From a virus: a stretch of DNA of 64,000 bases. Positions 53,701 through 64,000 of the stretch are shown here, in pieces. The stretch covers positions 85,156 to 149,155 of the IMG/VR virus record IMGVR_UViG_3300017605_001304, one strand, 5' to 3'. The position numbers and the translations under genes are program-made. The notes beneath the pieces are model-generated. The model was not told the DNA's origin and made no database searches. It worked only from the letters and a program-made list of their open reading frames with translations. Numbering within the stretch: the first letter of the stretch is position 1; each line of letters starts with the position of its first letter.

Positions 53701-55530
53701 CCAGCTTGAAGTTCGCGTCACGGAGGAGCTGCGTGTGCTGGCGGGTCATCACGGGATGGCCCCGACGAAGATGTGCCCGAGCGTCGGAGCGCCGTAGAGC
53801 ATGCGGTGCGGGAAGTCCCCGTCGAAGTACATCACGTCCGATCGCATCGACAGCTCGATGTAGAGGCCGTACCAGAGGACGTTGGCGTGGTACTGCGTCA
53901 GCAACGTCTGCAGCGCGCACAGGCAGCGGTGCTCGTCCTTCTGCTGCTCGGTCGTGGGCGTCACGGCAGCCGTCCCGCGAAGATGTCTCGCAGCGTCGGA
54001 GCCGTGCTCACGCGCCGGTGCAGGCAGCCGTCGAAGTACGACTGCGCGCGACCCGGGCCGTCCAGCAAGCGGAGGAACGGCGTGACCGAAACGGTCGACC
54101 TTCCAGCATCGCGAGCCGCGGCGCGCACGGTCTGGAACAGGTGGACCGTGGCCTCGGTGATCCGGGCTTCGCGATAGGGAGGCAAGGTCATCGCGGCACG
54201 TCCAGGAAGATGTCGTTGAGCGTCGTGCTCGTGTCGTAGCCGAACACGCTCGCTCCGCGCCCGTGGCGCTCGTAAACCGTGCGGCTGGGCACGCTCAGCG
54301 TCCCGATGAAGAATCCGAGCGTGAAGGCGAGCTCGTGGCTGACGCCATTACGAAGGAGCTGGTGCAAGCGCTCGGCGTAAAGCAGCACTTGGCACTTCAC
54401 CATCGGCCGCCTCCAGCGAGGCTGCCGCCCAGCAGGTCCCGCAAGGTCTCCGCCGTGCTCATGACGTAGAGCAGATGCGCCTCGATGTCGTGGTGGAAGA
54501 GACTCATCGTCCGCAGCTCTGGCACGACGGCACGGACGCGCATGCTCGTGACCAGCAGGTTTGTGCGGCTCGCCCCATCGAGCTGGCCGTGCGACGCGCA
54601 GAACTCGTCGGTCCGCGCGTGGAGCTGGCGCTGGTAGTGAGTGACCGCGTTCATCGCGGCTCCTCGACCAAGTTGAGGAGGAAGAACACCGTCGTCTCTA
54701 CCTGCAGGGCGCCGGGGAGGGCGTACCGCATGTCGAGGTCACCCTTCAGGTCGATCGCCATGACGACGAGGTCCACGTCCGACGACATCATCTGGAGCTG
54801 CAGCTTGCAGGGGTTCATCAGAGTGCCCACACGTCGTCGGCGAGGACTTCACCGAGCAGCGACTCGCGCAGCTCCAACGCCCAGAAGATGTCGAGGTTCT
54901 CTCGGCCCTCTAGACGCATGTAGGCGAACGTCTGCATGTAGATCGCCGTGCGCAGCTTCGTCCACGCGGCGGTCATCATGTTCGTCCTCACGCGACGATG
55001 TCCAGGGCTTGATCGAGCAAGAAGGTCGAAGCGCCGTCGCTCGGCTCCCAGAATGGGAGGAGCAGGGGCTCGTCCTGAACGAGGCTTGGGTAGACCTGCA
55101 GGTACATCGCCGAGCTGAGCGACTGGTACCTGCGATCCGCGTCTTGAATCGCGAGTCGGTCGGGCTCTCTGCTCATGCCATGACCAGCAACGTGCGGAGC
55201 CAGTAGACAAGCTGCCAAGGCTCGCCGTTCCAGAACCCGTCGATCGTCATCTCCTGGTCACGCAGACTGAAGAACCCGAGGCTCTGCGTCGTGCAGGCGT
55301 CGCACAGGTCGTGGTACTTACGGTTCATGCTCAAGCTCCCACGTCCTTCAACACGGCCAGCAGCTCGGCCGGGAGCCAGCGTTCCATCATCCAGCCATGG
55401 TCGTTCGGCTGGGTGAGGCTGGCGAAGCGCCGGAGCAGCCAATCATGGTAGGAGTCAGCATTTTCGAGCAGGAACAACCGCAGGGTGTTCACCTGGAAGG
55501 TCCAGTTCGTCCGGTGGAAGGGCGACATGC

Positions 55531-55860
55531 TCAAGCTCCGAACATCTTCCTTAGCACGAACGGGGTCACGAAGGAAGAGGCGAGGCAGAGCCAGATCGCC
55601 CAGCGCCGGGACTTCGTGCTTTCCATGTCGACCTGGATCGTGCGCATGTCGGACTCCAGCAGCGAGACCCGGGTCGGAAGGGCCTCCTTGCCGCTGACGT
55701 GGATCAGGGCGTGGAGCGAGTTCACGTTGGCGTTCGTCTCGGCCACCGTGACCTGGATCTTCGAGATGAGTTGCAGGAGTTCGTCCTTGGACTGGTCCGT
55801 GCTCTGACGCAGCGCCTCCATCGAATCCGTAAGTTTCGACAACTGGGAAGGTCCACTCAT
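55531..55860 (-). CDS. Coiled-coil protein with C-terminal TM helix (XhlA/holin-accessory-like)
   Basis: GKEALPTRVSLLE...RRWAIWLCLASSFVTPFVLRK; GAGG SD. Confidence 0.55.
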   Translation of the reverse strand: MSGPSQLSKLTDSMEALRQSTDQSKDELLQLISKIQVTVAETNANVNSLHALIHVSGKEALPTRVSLLESDMRTIQVDMESTKSRRWAIWLCLASSFVTPFVLRKMFGA

Positions 55861-56446
55861 TGAGGTACCTCGACCGAGCAGGGTAGATCGGGGCCGAGAG
55901 GAGGCGGAGGGTGACCCGCGTCTCGACGCGAAGTGACCCGAGGTTCGGGTCAGCTATTGAGGCAGGACGTACGACGCGATGTCAAGATCGTCGGGACCCC
56001 TTCCGATCTCGTACCAATGGTCGCTACGGTAGAGCAGGGTCCCGAAGAAGTGTGCGACGTCGTGACCGTCGTCAACGACGTAACTGAAGTTCTCTGTGCT
56101 GACGGGAATGCAGGTCTTCCCGAGGCGGATCTTCGCCAGCCGCCGGCTGAGGCGGTGCAGCCGGTTCTGCATGTCGGAGTAAAGGGACACGGCTACCTTT
56201 CCGCGAAGAGCACGTGCACGAACGCGCGACTCATGGAGCCGAGGAACGGGGCGTAGCCGCCGCTGAAGCCGTAGAGCTCGACGTCGAAGAGGCGTCGGAT
56301 GTCGTCGCCGTCGTCAGCCAGATAGGGGAGCGGCACCGGCATGAGGATGTCGACGTCGTTCACGCGGATGTCGTAGAGCAGCGTGTGCTCGATCGACGCG
56401 AGCAGCCTCCCTTGCATGCGTCGCGCGAAGTAGGACCACGCACGCT

Positions 56447-56680
56447 TCATGAGAGGAAGTCCCACAGCGGCGGCCAGCACGAGAAGGCTGGGCAGAAGAT
56501 CGGCCCGTGCGAGCGGTTTCGGTGCGACCCCCCACTCAACTCGCGCTCGAAGTTGATCAGCAAGCGTAAGAACCCGTCATGCTCGAACGGCTGCGGGTAA
56601 TTCGGATGCTGGTACCAGCCGCGGGCGAAGAGGCAAGGCATGCTCATGAGAGGAAGTCCTGCAGCGGCGGCCAGCACGAG
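56447..56680. repeat. 37-bp direct repeat (35/37 identical) at 56447-56483 and 56644-56680
   Basis: TCATGAGAGGAAGTCC(CA/TG)CAGCGGCGGCCAGCACGAG. Confidence 0.9.
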
Positions 56681-57180
56681 CCGATCGGGGCGACGAGTTC
56701 ATAGCGGCCGCGGAGCCGGTGTTGATCTCCGTCGACCATGTGCTCGAAGGTGAGCAGCAGGTCGATCACCTCGCCCATGGAGATGGGCCACAGGTACGGC
56801 GGCAGGTGGTACCAGCCGCAGGCGAACTCACGGATAGGCATAGATGAGGCCCAGCAGGTCCGGCCACGCCGTGGTCGTCGGCACGTGCACGTAGATCCCG
56901 TACGCGCTCCGCCCACCCCAGCGGCCGAAGCCGTGATCGAACATGTCCTCGAACTGTCCGACCCAGGAGACGAAGTCCCGCCCACTGACGGAGACCTGCC
57001 GCAGCTCAGCGGACTTGTCGCCGTCGTGCCGCATGTTGTACGGCGCGCCGTAGAAGAACGGGCTCCTGAGCCGGTTCATGGCTCGAACAGATCCATCAAG
57101 GACGGCCAGCACGTCATGATCGGTGCGACGAACCGATCCTCGTACGGCAACGACTCACCGTCGCCATCCAGGAACTGCTC

Positions 57181-57341
57181 GAACCACATGAGCAGGTGCA
57201 CGCCGCTCGCGTAGCTCTTCCAGCGGACGGCCCGGAAGGCTGGGCGAGGATCCATCCGCGGGATGTTCATGTCCAGATCCAGTTGAACTTCGGCCAGCGG
57301 GTTTCTTCGACGCGTCCCTGGAACCACATGAGCAGGTGCAC
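57181..57341. repeat. 21-bp perfect direct repeat at 57181-57201 and 57321-57341
   Basis: GAACCACATGAGCAGGTGCAC (encodes VHLLMWF on the minus strand). Confidence 0.9.
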
Positions 57342-60300
57342 ACCGTTCAAGTTCGGGGTCCAGGATACCGCACGGAAGAACGGGAAAGGACTCGTCGGCA
57401 TGAAGATCATCGCAGCAGGTCCTGCAGATGTGGCCAGCTATCCGACTCGGGCATGTGCAGCGCGTACGTGAGGAAGCCATGCGTGCGCGGACCGAGGAAG
57501 CCGCTGAGCTGCTCCTCGAACCACAGCAGCATGCCGATCCCGGTGTCCCTCCCGGCGGCGTCGGCGAGGCCGTAGAGCACCATGTCCTCGAAGAACTGGT
57601 AGTGCTCCCGGTGCCGGCTGTCCGCGAGTCGCGGCAACACGCCGCTGCAGTAGAACGGCGTCTTCAAGCGGTTCATTCCAGGACGTCCGTGACCCAGTCG
57701 CTCGTGAGGAACGGCGCCGCCAGCGCGTCCGGGGTCCAGTCCCAGACACCCGTCAGCGTGCCCGCCATCTGCCACCAGAAGTTGCTCAGCACGACCTCCG
57801 AGGCTTCAACCCGATCGTGCAGGTCGATGTTCAAGAGGCCCTGCTGGATGTGAGGATTGAACGGCGAGGTCAGCGTCATGGGCGTCCCAGGTCGTGGAGC
57901 ATAACCGGCCCTATCAAGAAGTCGTAGACCGGCGCGATCACGGCCGGACGCCACGGGAAGGAGCCCCAGGCGTGGACGCCGTAGAGCTCCATCCAGAAGA
58001 CGCAGAGGAAGTAGACGCCGCTGGACACGTAGCCCTCGGGCATGTCGGCCCCGATGCGGCCGAACTCGTCGTAGATCTCGGTCGCGCGAGGGGCACGGAG
58101 CTGAGCGAACGGGCTGCGGAGGGGAATCATCCGAGCGCGTCCTCGATGTCGTAGATCGGGCGACGGCTCGTGATCCCGCGCATGAACGGATAGAGCGGCG
58201 AGGCGCCGTCCGCTCGCCACGCGTAAGCCCCGCTGCCGGCGGCTCCCGTCAAGTGCAGCCAGAAGCGGCGCAAGACCACGTGGCCGTCGTAGTCGCCACC
58301 CAGGTCGCCGACCTGGATGAACGCGCGGTAGATGCGCCGGTCCGCTTCTACCGGACTGTAGGTCCCGATCCCGAAGTGGAACATCAGTAGAACATCCTGG
58401 CGATCATGTTGCCGCACGCGAACTCGTAGAACCCCGCCGCCACGTTCATGCGCCAGCGGTGTCCGCCGGTGTTTACCACGCCGGTCAAGAGCTCGCAGAA
58501 GTGCACCAGGACCTCGTGACCACTCCGATCCAGCGGGCAGGGCCCGACGAGGGTGAGCGCCTCGTAGATCCGACGGTCCACGTCGTTCGCGAGCTTGGTG
58601 AACGGGGCGCCGGGGAACATCAGCGCAGGTCCCGGAACGTCATGTGGCCGCACAGGAACCGGTACGACCGAGCGTGGGCCGACGGGCGCCACGGACGGCC
58701 GCCGAAGCTGCTCACGCCGGTCAGGTGGCGGGCGAAGCTGTGCAGCACCTCGAACGGGTGGCGCTGGCGCTCGTAGGTGATCCGGGCGAACGCGACGCGG
58801 ATGCGTTCGTCGATTGCCACGTTGGAGTCGCTGCCGAACATGCTGGGCGGGAACATCAGCGCACCTTGTCACTGTTCAGCAGGCTCTGGAGCAAGAACTC
58901 GGGCAGGGAGCCTTCGAGATCCACGAAGTCGTCGTCGTCGATCAGCCTGTCGACGAACCGACGGAGCTCAAGACTCTTGTCCGTGTCCGAGGCCCACGGA
59001 TCTTGAAGCAGGCCGGCTGGCCACGTGAGGATGCGCATCAGGATCGTCCCGTGTCGAGCAGCTCCTCGACCTCGCTGGCCAGCGCCTCCCACCCGACCAG
59101 CTCGCCGAAGGACGTGTCCGACAAGATCCGGTCGAGCTCGTCAGGGATCAGGGTGATCAGCATGGTCGCCCGGTGTGGACGTCGCTCCGACCATGGATCC
59201 TGCACGAGTCCCTTCGGCCACCGGAGCATGGTCAGATCTCTACCGGTACGAACTGGCGGAGCCGCCAGCGCGGGATCACGGTGAACTCTTCGAGCAGCTC
59301 AAGATACCAGAGTTCGTCCAAGAACGGGACGGCGGCTACTGGGGTGCCATAGCCCGGCAGGAAGGTCGCGTACGAGAACGAGCTGACGGAGATCAGCATC
59401 GAAGCAGCGGGTCCAGGAGCCGTCCCATGTTGAGGAACATGGGGCCGAATCCGTGGTGGAGGAGTGACGCGTCGCCGTCCGCAAGGACCGCGGACCATAC
59501 GAAGTGCGGTCCGTGTCGGAGGCGGATGAAGGCGGCGAGTTCCATCACCGTAGTTCCACCGGGAACGGCGGGAGCCACAGGTCGAGGAGGAACGACGGGC
59601 TCACGTGCACCCACAGCCGCATGAACTCCATGGGCGTCGAGATGCCCGCGCCGGTGAAGTCGAACCTGCCCCTCAAGAGGAAGGGAGCCTTCGCGAGGTT
59701 GAAGGACAGCGAGTCGATGTTCATTCGAGCTCGATAAGGAACGCCGGGCTCGTGTAGACGGACAGGTCCACGAGCTCGGACGGCAGAAGCGGGAGCTCGA
59801 ACGGCGCCCCTACGAGGAAGGGGCCCTTCGCGAGTAGGAAGAGTATCCCGTGGGCAGTCATCGGGGCGGATCCACCATGAACGAGCGGAGCACCGTCCTC
59901 CACATCACACGCGCCAACGCGGACTCGTCCCCGTTCGTCCAGAACGTCAGCAGCGGCTCCCACCAGCTAACGGCGTACGGCACCGGGTCGAGCTCCGTGA
60001 AGTGCGGCCCTTGGATGTACTGGTTAAGGCGCATCGCAGTCCTTGAACAGCGGCAGCAGCCGGAAGAGGACCTGCCGAGGACGCACGAGACCGTTGAACG
60101 CCCACAGCAGCCCGTCCCACGGGAGCCACGGATTCACCCGCATATCGTCGAAGCGCGGACCCTTGATGTAGTCGTGCAGCGTCATCGGTCGATCATCCGC
60201 AGGAAGATGATCCGGAAGGTGAAGGAGAGCGGCTGACCGCCACGGAGCAGGATCTCCGCTGCGGGGCCCACTGCGCTGAACAGCCCGATGTAGGGCGCCC

Positions 60301-62733
60301 CGTGGCGGTAGTCGTTCAGCGTCACGGCACGAGCTCCAGCAGCAGCGTCCAACTGGTCAGCCTGGGCCGGAGCAGCGGCGTGGCGCAGAAGGGCATGATC
60401 GTCCAGACGATGTCGATGACGCCACGGGAGCCGTAGAGCTGGGTCGGGTACAAGACCCCGTAGACGAGGCCGTTGTAGCTCGGCGGGTAGTCGCCACGTA
60501 CGAGCCTCATGACGGGAGCCAGTGCAGCAGGCCCGTGAGATCCCCGGGCCTCGTCAGCGGCGTGGCGCAGAGGGCGATGAGCACCGCGGCCGTGTCCACG
60601 AGCGCGGGCGAGACAGCGTCGCCCTGACTCAAGACGTCGAGCACGAAGTTGATCCAGGTCGGTCCGTAAACACCACGGAAGGGATTCATGAGCGTCGCCC
60701 GAAGTGGTTGACGAGCTCGCACAGCGGGCCCTGCGAGTTCGCGAAGGCGAAGTCCCCCCACATCGGGACGCCGCTTCCGAAGCGGAGCAGGCGCATCGCT
60801 TTCCGGTCATCCAGCGAAAGGACGATCAGCAGCTCGTTGAGGACCGGATGCACGTTCACACGTGGCTTCATACCAGCATCTGCCCTTGGCGACCGTCGAC
60901 CTCCAGGAGCTCCGCGAGGACGTTACCAGGATACGCGAGCGGCGTCTCGCTCAAGCGCGTCAGCGGGTGCATCGCCTCCATGGTCAAGATCCACGCAGGC
61001 GTACGGAGCTCGAACCAGCTCGTGGCCCGGACGGTGCTCGTCAGGAGGGCGACCAGCTCGCCCGCGGTCGGGACGTCGTCGACGCGCCTCACGAGAGCAG
61101 CGCCAGCGGGAAGAAAGCCATCCACCGCATGCACGGCATGTACGCCTCGGCCTGGACCGCGGCCGCCCAGTACACAAGCTGCGGCGGTAAACGCCGGCTC
61201 GATCCTTCCAGCAAGTAACGATGCCAGGGGCGGATCATCGCACCGAACCCCAGAAGTCGGAGAGCCCGGCGATGTATCGCGACATGCTCCAAAGGATATC
61301 CAGCGGCAGGTACTCCTGCGCGCCGTCATACCGCGGCGCCGTCCCTGCGGCGTAGAGCACGTTGACGTAGTCGGTGAACCGGTGCCACTCCGCGGTGGAC
61401 ATCTCCCCGCGGATCACGCTCTCGAAGGTGGGCAGCGGAGGCCAGCGGGTCATCCGTCATCCTTCGGGAGGAACGTGGTCGGCCGGACCAAGTAGGCCGC
61501 ACGGCGATTGCCGTCGATCCTCGGAGCGTCCACGACTCTCGCGATCCTCCAGATAGCGCCGTCCACGGCGCTAAGGGTGCGCCAAGAGGCACCGACCAAG
61601 CTCGACTGGATCTCAGTCGAGATGCGAGACAGCGGTTGCGGATTGCGCCTGCGCCAGGGGCGGGTCATCGGAGAGGTATCCGGGTCTGCAGCAGCTCCAC
61701 GGCGCGCCACAGCAGGTGCATCGAGATGTGGTCCTCGACGCGGAGGAGTAGATGACGCCCATCATCCGCAGGGAACGCGGAGAGATGACGCCCCAAGAGC
61801 ACTCGCTGCGTCATCGTAAGGGCCTCAAGATGAAGGTCAGCAGCACATGCAAGTCGACGATCGAGCTCTGGAAGGTGGGCAGGACTTCGAGTGATACGGC
61901 GCGGTGCAGGCCGGTGATCAAGGTGCGGTCCTCACCCCGGTGGAGGTACAGCAGGCCGTCATCCCTCGGGAACGAGGCGAGGCGGCGTACGAAGTCCAGG
62001 CGCTCGATCATCACACGCGTCCTTGGAGCAGTCGAAGGAGCGCTTCCTGCATACACGTAGAAGGAGGCGGCCACGTGACACGAAGCTCCGCCGCGTCCAG
62101 CAGTTCGCGCACGAGGAGCTCTTCGTCACGGCGAGTGAAGTAGCGAGAGGCCCACTCCTGCGGTCCGCTTCGTAAGCGGGCGATGAGCAGCCGGTTGATC
62201 ACTTCTTGCCCCAGTCCGACAGGCCCTTCAGGGAGTCGGGACCGAACTCGACCTTCGCGTCGACCTTGAGCGGCTTCTCCTTCAGCTCGTCCTGGATGCG
62301 CTGCGTCGCGAGGCAGGCGAGCTGGTAGACGCCTGCGACGGTGATCGCGACCACGAGAGCCGCGACCAGCAGCGCCGCCATGCACGCAAGGTAGTCGGTC
62401 CTCTTCACGCCCAGGAACCGGATCGCGATCCAGCCGGCGAGGAGCACGACGCCGAGAGCCAAGAAGGCGATGGCGTTCACGCGGCGCCCCCCATCAGCAC
62501 GTCCGTCTCGAACTCCTCGATCGACACGCTGCGCACGCTGTTGAACCGCTCGCTCCAGTCCCAGTCGTCGACGTCCATGCCGATGTCCGCAGCGAGCTGC
62601 GTCTGCTCTTCCCGGAAGACCTCGAACTCCTCCTTCAGGACCGCGGCGCGCATCTCGGTGACCCGGTCCAGCGTCGTGCACACGGCACGGACGACGCTCT
62701 CGTCGGGACGGTTGAACAGGACGACGTAGACCC

Positions 62734-63150
62734 TCACGCCCCGCACTCCCGGTTGACTCCCATGTCGACGCCCATCACGACGTAGGGCTTGTCCTTCTGC
62801 TCGGGGTGATGCTTCACGCACCAGCCGATCGTGCAGGGCCACCAGCCCATCTTGAGCTGGTCGGCGCGGTACGGAGCGTAGAGCTTCAGCCACTCGTCCT
62901 TCGCGATGAACTTCTCGCCGTCGTCGGTCCAGTGCACCCAGCCGTCGAGTTCATCCGCGAGCTCTCGCAGTCGCTGGATCTTCTCGACGTCGATCGGGCC
63001 GAGACCGTAGTGATTGAGCCGGTCCCCGACCACGATCCCGAAGAGATCGTATTCGAGGGCGCTCATCCAGCCGGCGCAGTAGTGGTCCTCGCTGATCTCC
63101 GACATGAGGTCGATCAGGGACGCGACGACGGTCTCGCGGCTCAGGGTCAC
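62734..63150 (-). CDS. Conserved-looking phage hypothetical protein
   Basis: MSEISEDHYCAGWMSALEYDL...GWVHW motif. Confidence 0.7.
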   Translation of the reverse strand: MTLSRETVVASLIDLMSEISEDHYCAGWMSALEYDLFGIVVGDRLNHYGLGPIDVEKIQRLRELADELDGWVHWTDDGEKFIAKDEWLKLYAPYRADQLKMGWWPCTIGWCVKHHPEQKDKPYVVMGVDMGVNRECGA

Positions 63151-63561
63151 GACTCGTCCTCCAGCTTGTGCAAGAGGGCATCGTACTCGTCAGCGACGTC
63201 GAGGACGCGCTCGATCACGGCCTTGGTCCGGGTGATCTCGAAGAAGCGCTCCAGGTCGGAGATCCGCTGACGCATCTGGTCCCACTCGCCTTTCTCTAGT
63301 GGCGACGCGAGATTCCCGAGCTCCAGCGGGATCGCTCCGACCTCGTCGAGGCACTCCTGCATCCTTGCCTTGTTCACGGCTCCTCCTTGTACACCGTACG
63401 CAGCAGCTTCCTGGCCTTCTCGCGATTCCCACCCGAGAGACGCAGCGCGATCCGCCAACGTACCCAGCGGCCGATCCTGTTGAGCACCGGCTCCGTGAGC
63501 TTGATCCAGACGTACAGCACCGCGCAGCCGAAGAGCAGGCAGTAGACCCACACCCAGGGGC

Positions 63562-63849
63562 TCACACGCGGGCCCCCGCCAGCTCCGAGATCGCGGCGTT
63601 ATACCGCGTCATGAAGTCCGGGTTCAACCCGTGGCACTTGCACTTGATCGGCTCGGCCGCAGCCTCGAACTCCCCCTTCGCGATGCGGCGGTGGGCCACC
63701 CAGGCCGCGACGCCCGCGTACTGGTAGCGCTCGTGCAGGCTGAGGATCGTGGCGGCTTGGTCGGCAGGGACCGGCTCGCAGTCAGCGCAGGCGAACGCGA
63801 AGGTGTCCCCGCAGTTGACGTTGAGCTCGATCTTGTTCTCGCGCACCAT
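63562..63849 (-). CDS. Phage hypothetical protein (true start may lie further upstream)
   Basis: VNCGDTFAFACADCEPV motif. Confidence 0.6.
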   Translation of the reverse strand: MVRENKIELNVNCGDTFAFACADCEPVPADQAATILSLHERYQYAGVAAWVAHRRIAKGEFEAAAEPIKCKCHGLNPDFMTRYNAAISELAGARV

Positions 63850-64000
63850 GAGGAAGACCGCGTCCGAGAGGAGCAGCTTGCCGACCGTGGTGCGCAGCGG
63901 CTCTTCGAGCGCGAGGAACCACTTCTTCAGCGTCGAGAACTCGTGCAGGATCGCGATGACGGCGTCCTGGTGGCCACAGCGATGCGCGTGCGTCGGCGTC

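Larger units (their letters stand above)
55954..58856 (-). other. Thirteen tandem paralogous mini-genes
   Basis: Shared core G-x-x-h-h-x-x-F-x-x-x-L-x-G (see findings). Confidence 0.7.
50689..64000 (-). other. Dense array of roughly 60 (estimated) translationally coupled mini-genes
   Basis: Consecutive 45-110 aa ORFs joined by ATGA/GTGA/TGATG overlaps; W/F/L/Y/R-rich; local paralog runs. Confidence 0.8.

Noticed and set aside
55880-55955. tRNA-like element (GGTTCG present)
   Set aside because: No cloverleaf, acceptor stem or D-arm could be built.
56447-57341. Direct repeats as a CRISPR array or DGR template/variable pair
   Set aside because: Only two copies each, inside coding sequence, with no regular spacers, no cas genes and no reverse transcriptase; too short and too few mismatches to indicate DGR mutagenesis.
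50689-64000. Mini-ORFs as fragments of long genes under stop-codon reassignment or pseudogenisation
   Set aside because: Stops overlap the next start in a different frame with SD-like sequences, and long genes elsewhere end normally in TGA/TAA/TAG.
1-64000. Specific host assignment or prophage status
   Set aside because: High GC, a lipobox and a sigma70 promoter suggest only a high-GC diderm host; no integrase, att site or host genes are present in the window.

Overview
High-GC segment of a large tailed bacteriophage with a T4-like (Gp23-type) head. Almost all genes are on the minus strand. Read in transcription order (64 kb to 1), the window contains: (i) a ~13 kb array of roughly 60 tightly coupled mini-genes, including a run of 13 diverged tandem paralogs; (ii) an AAA+ ATPase and two predicted polysaccharide lyases; (iii) a 1559-aa 'beads-on-a-string' protein, a holin and a u-spanin candidate; (iv) a plus-strand island behind a sigma70 promoter with an operator-like palindrome; (v) a decoration-domain family, one member of which carries a beta-helix, plus PcfJ-like paralogs and modular head proteins; (vi) the prohead protease-scaffold fusion, major capsid protein, fibre-like proteins and gp13/gp14-like neck genes. 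Best candidate for a new system: six otherwise dissimilar proteins share a short tag, E-(S/A)-x-(R/K)-x-(I/L/M)-A-x-R-L-F. They comprise two ADP-ribosyltransferases of different classes, two proteins made only of a repeated uncharacterised GWIxPDG...H...GWIRQ domain, and two PcfJ-like proteins. Their modules, and those of several polyproteins, are separated by E-S/E-A junctions resembling gp21-type protease sites. The inference is a capsid-loaded, protease-released effector cocktail. All assignments come from motif reading only; no searches were run. No portal, terminase, sheath, endolysin, tRNA or CRISPR array was recognised.
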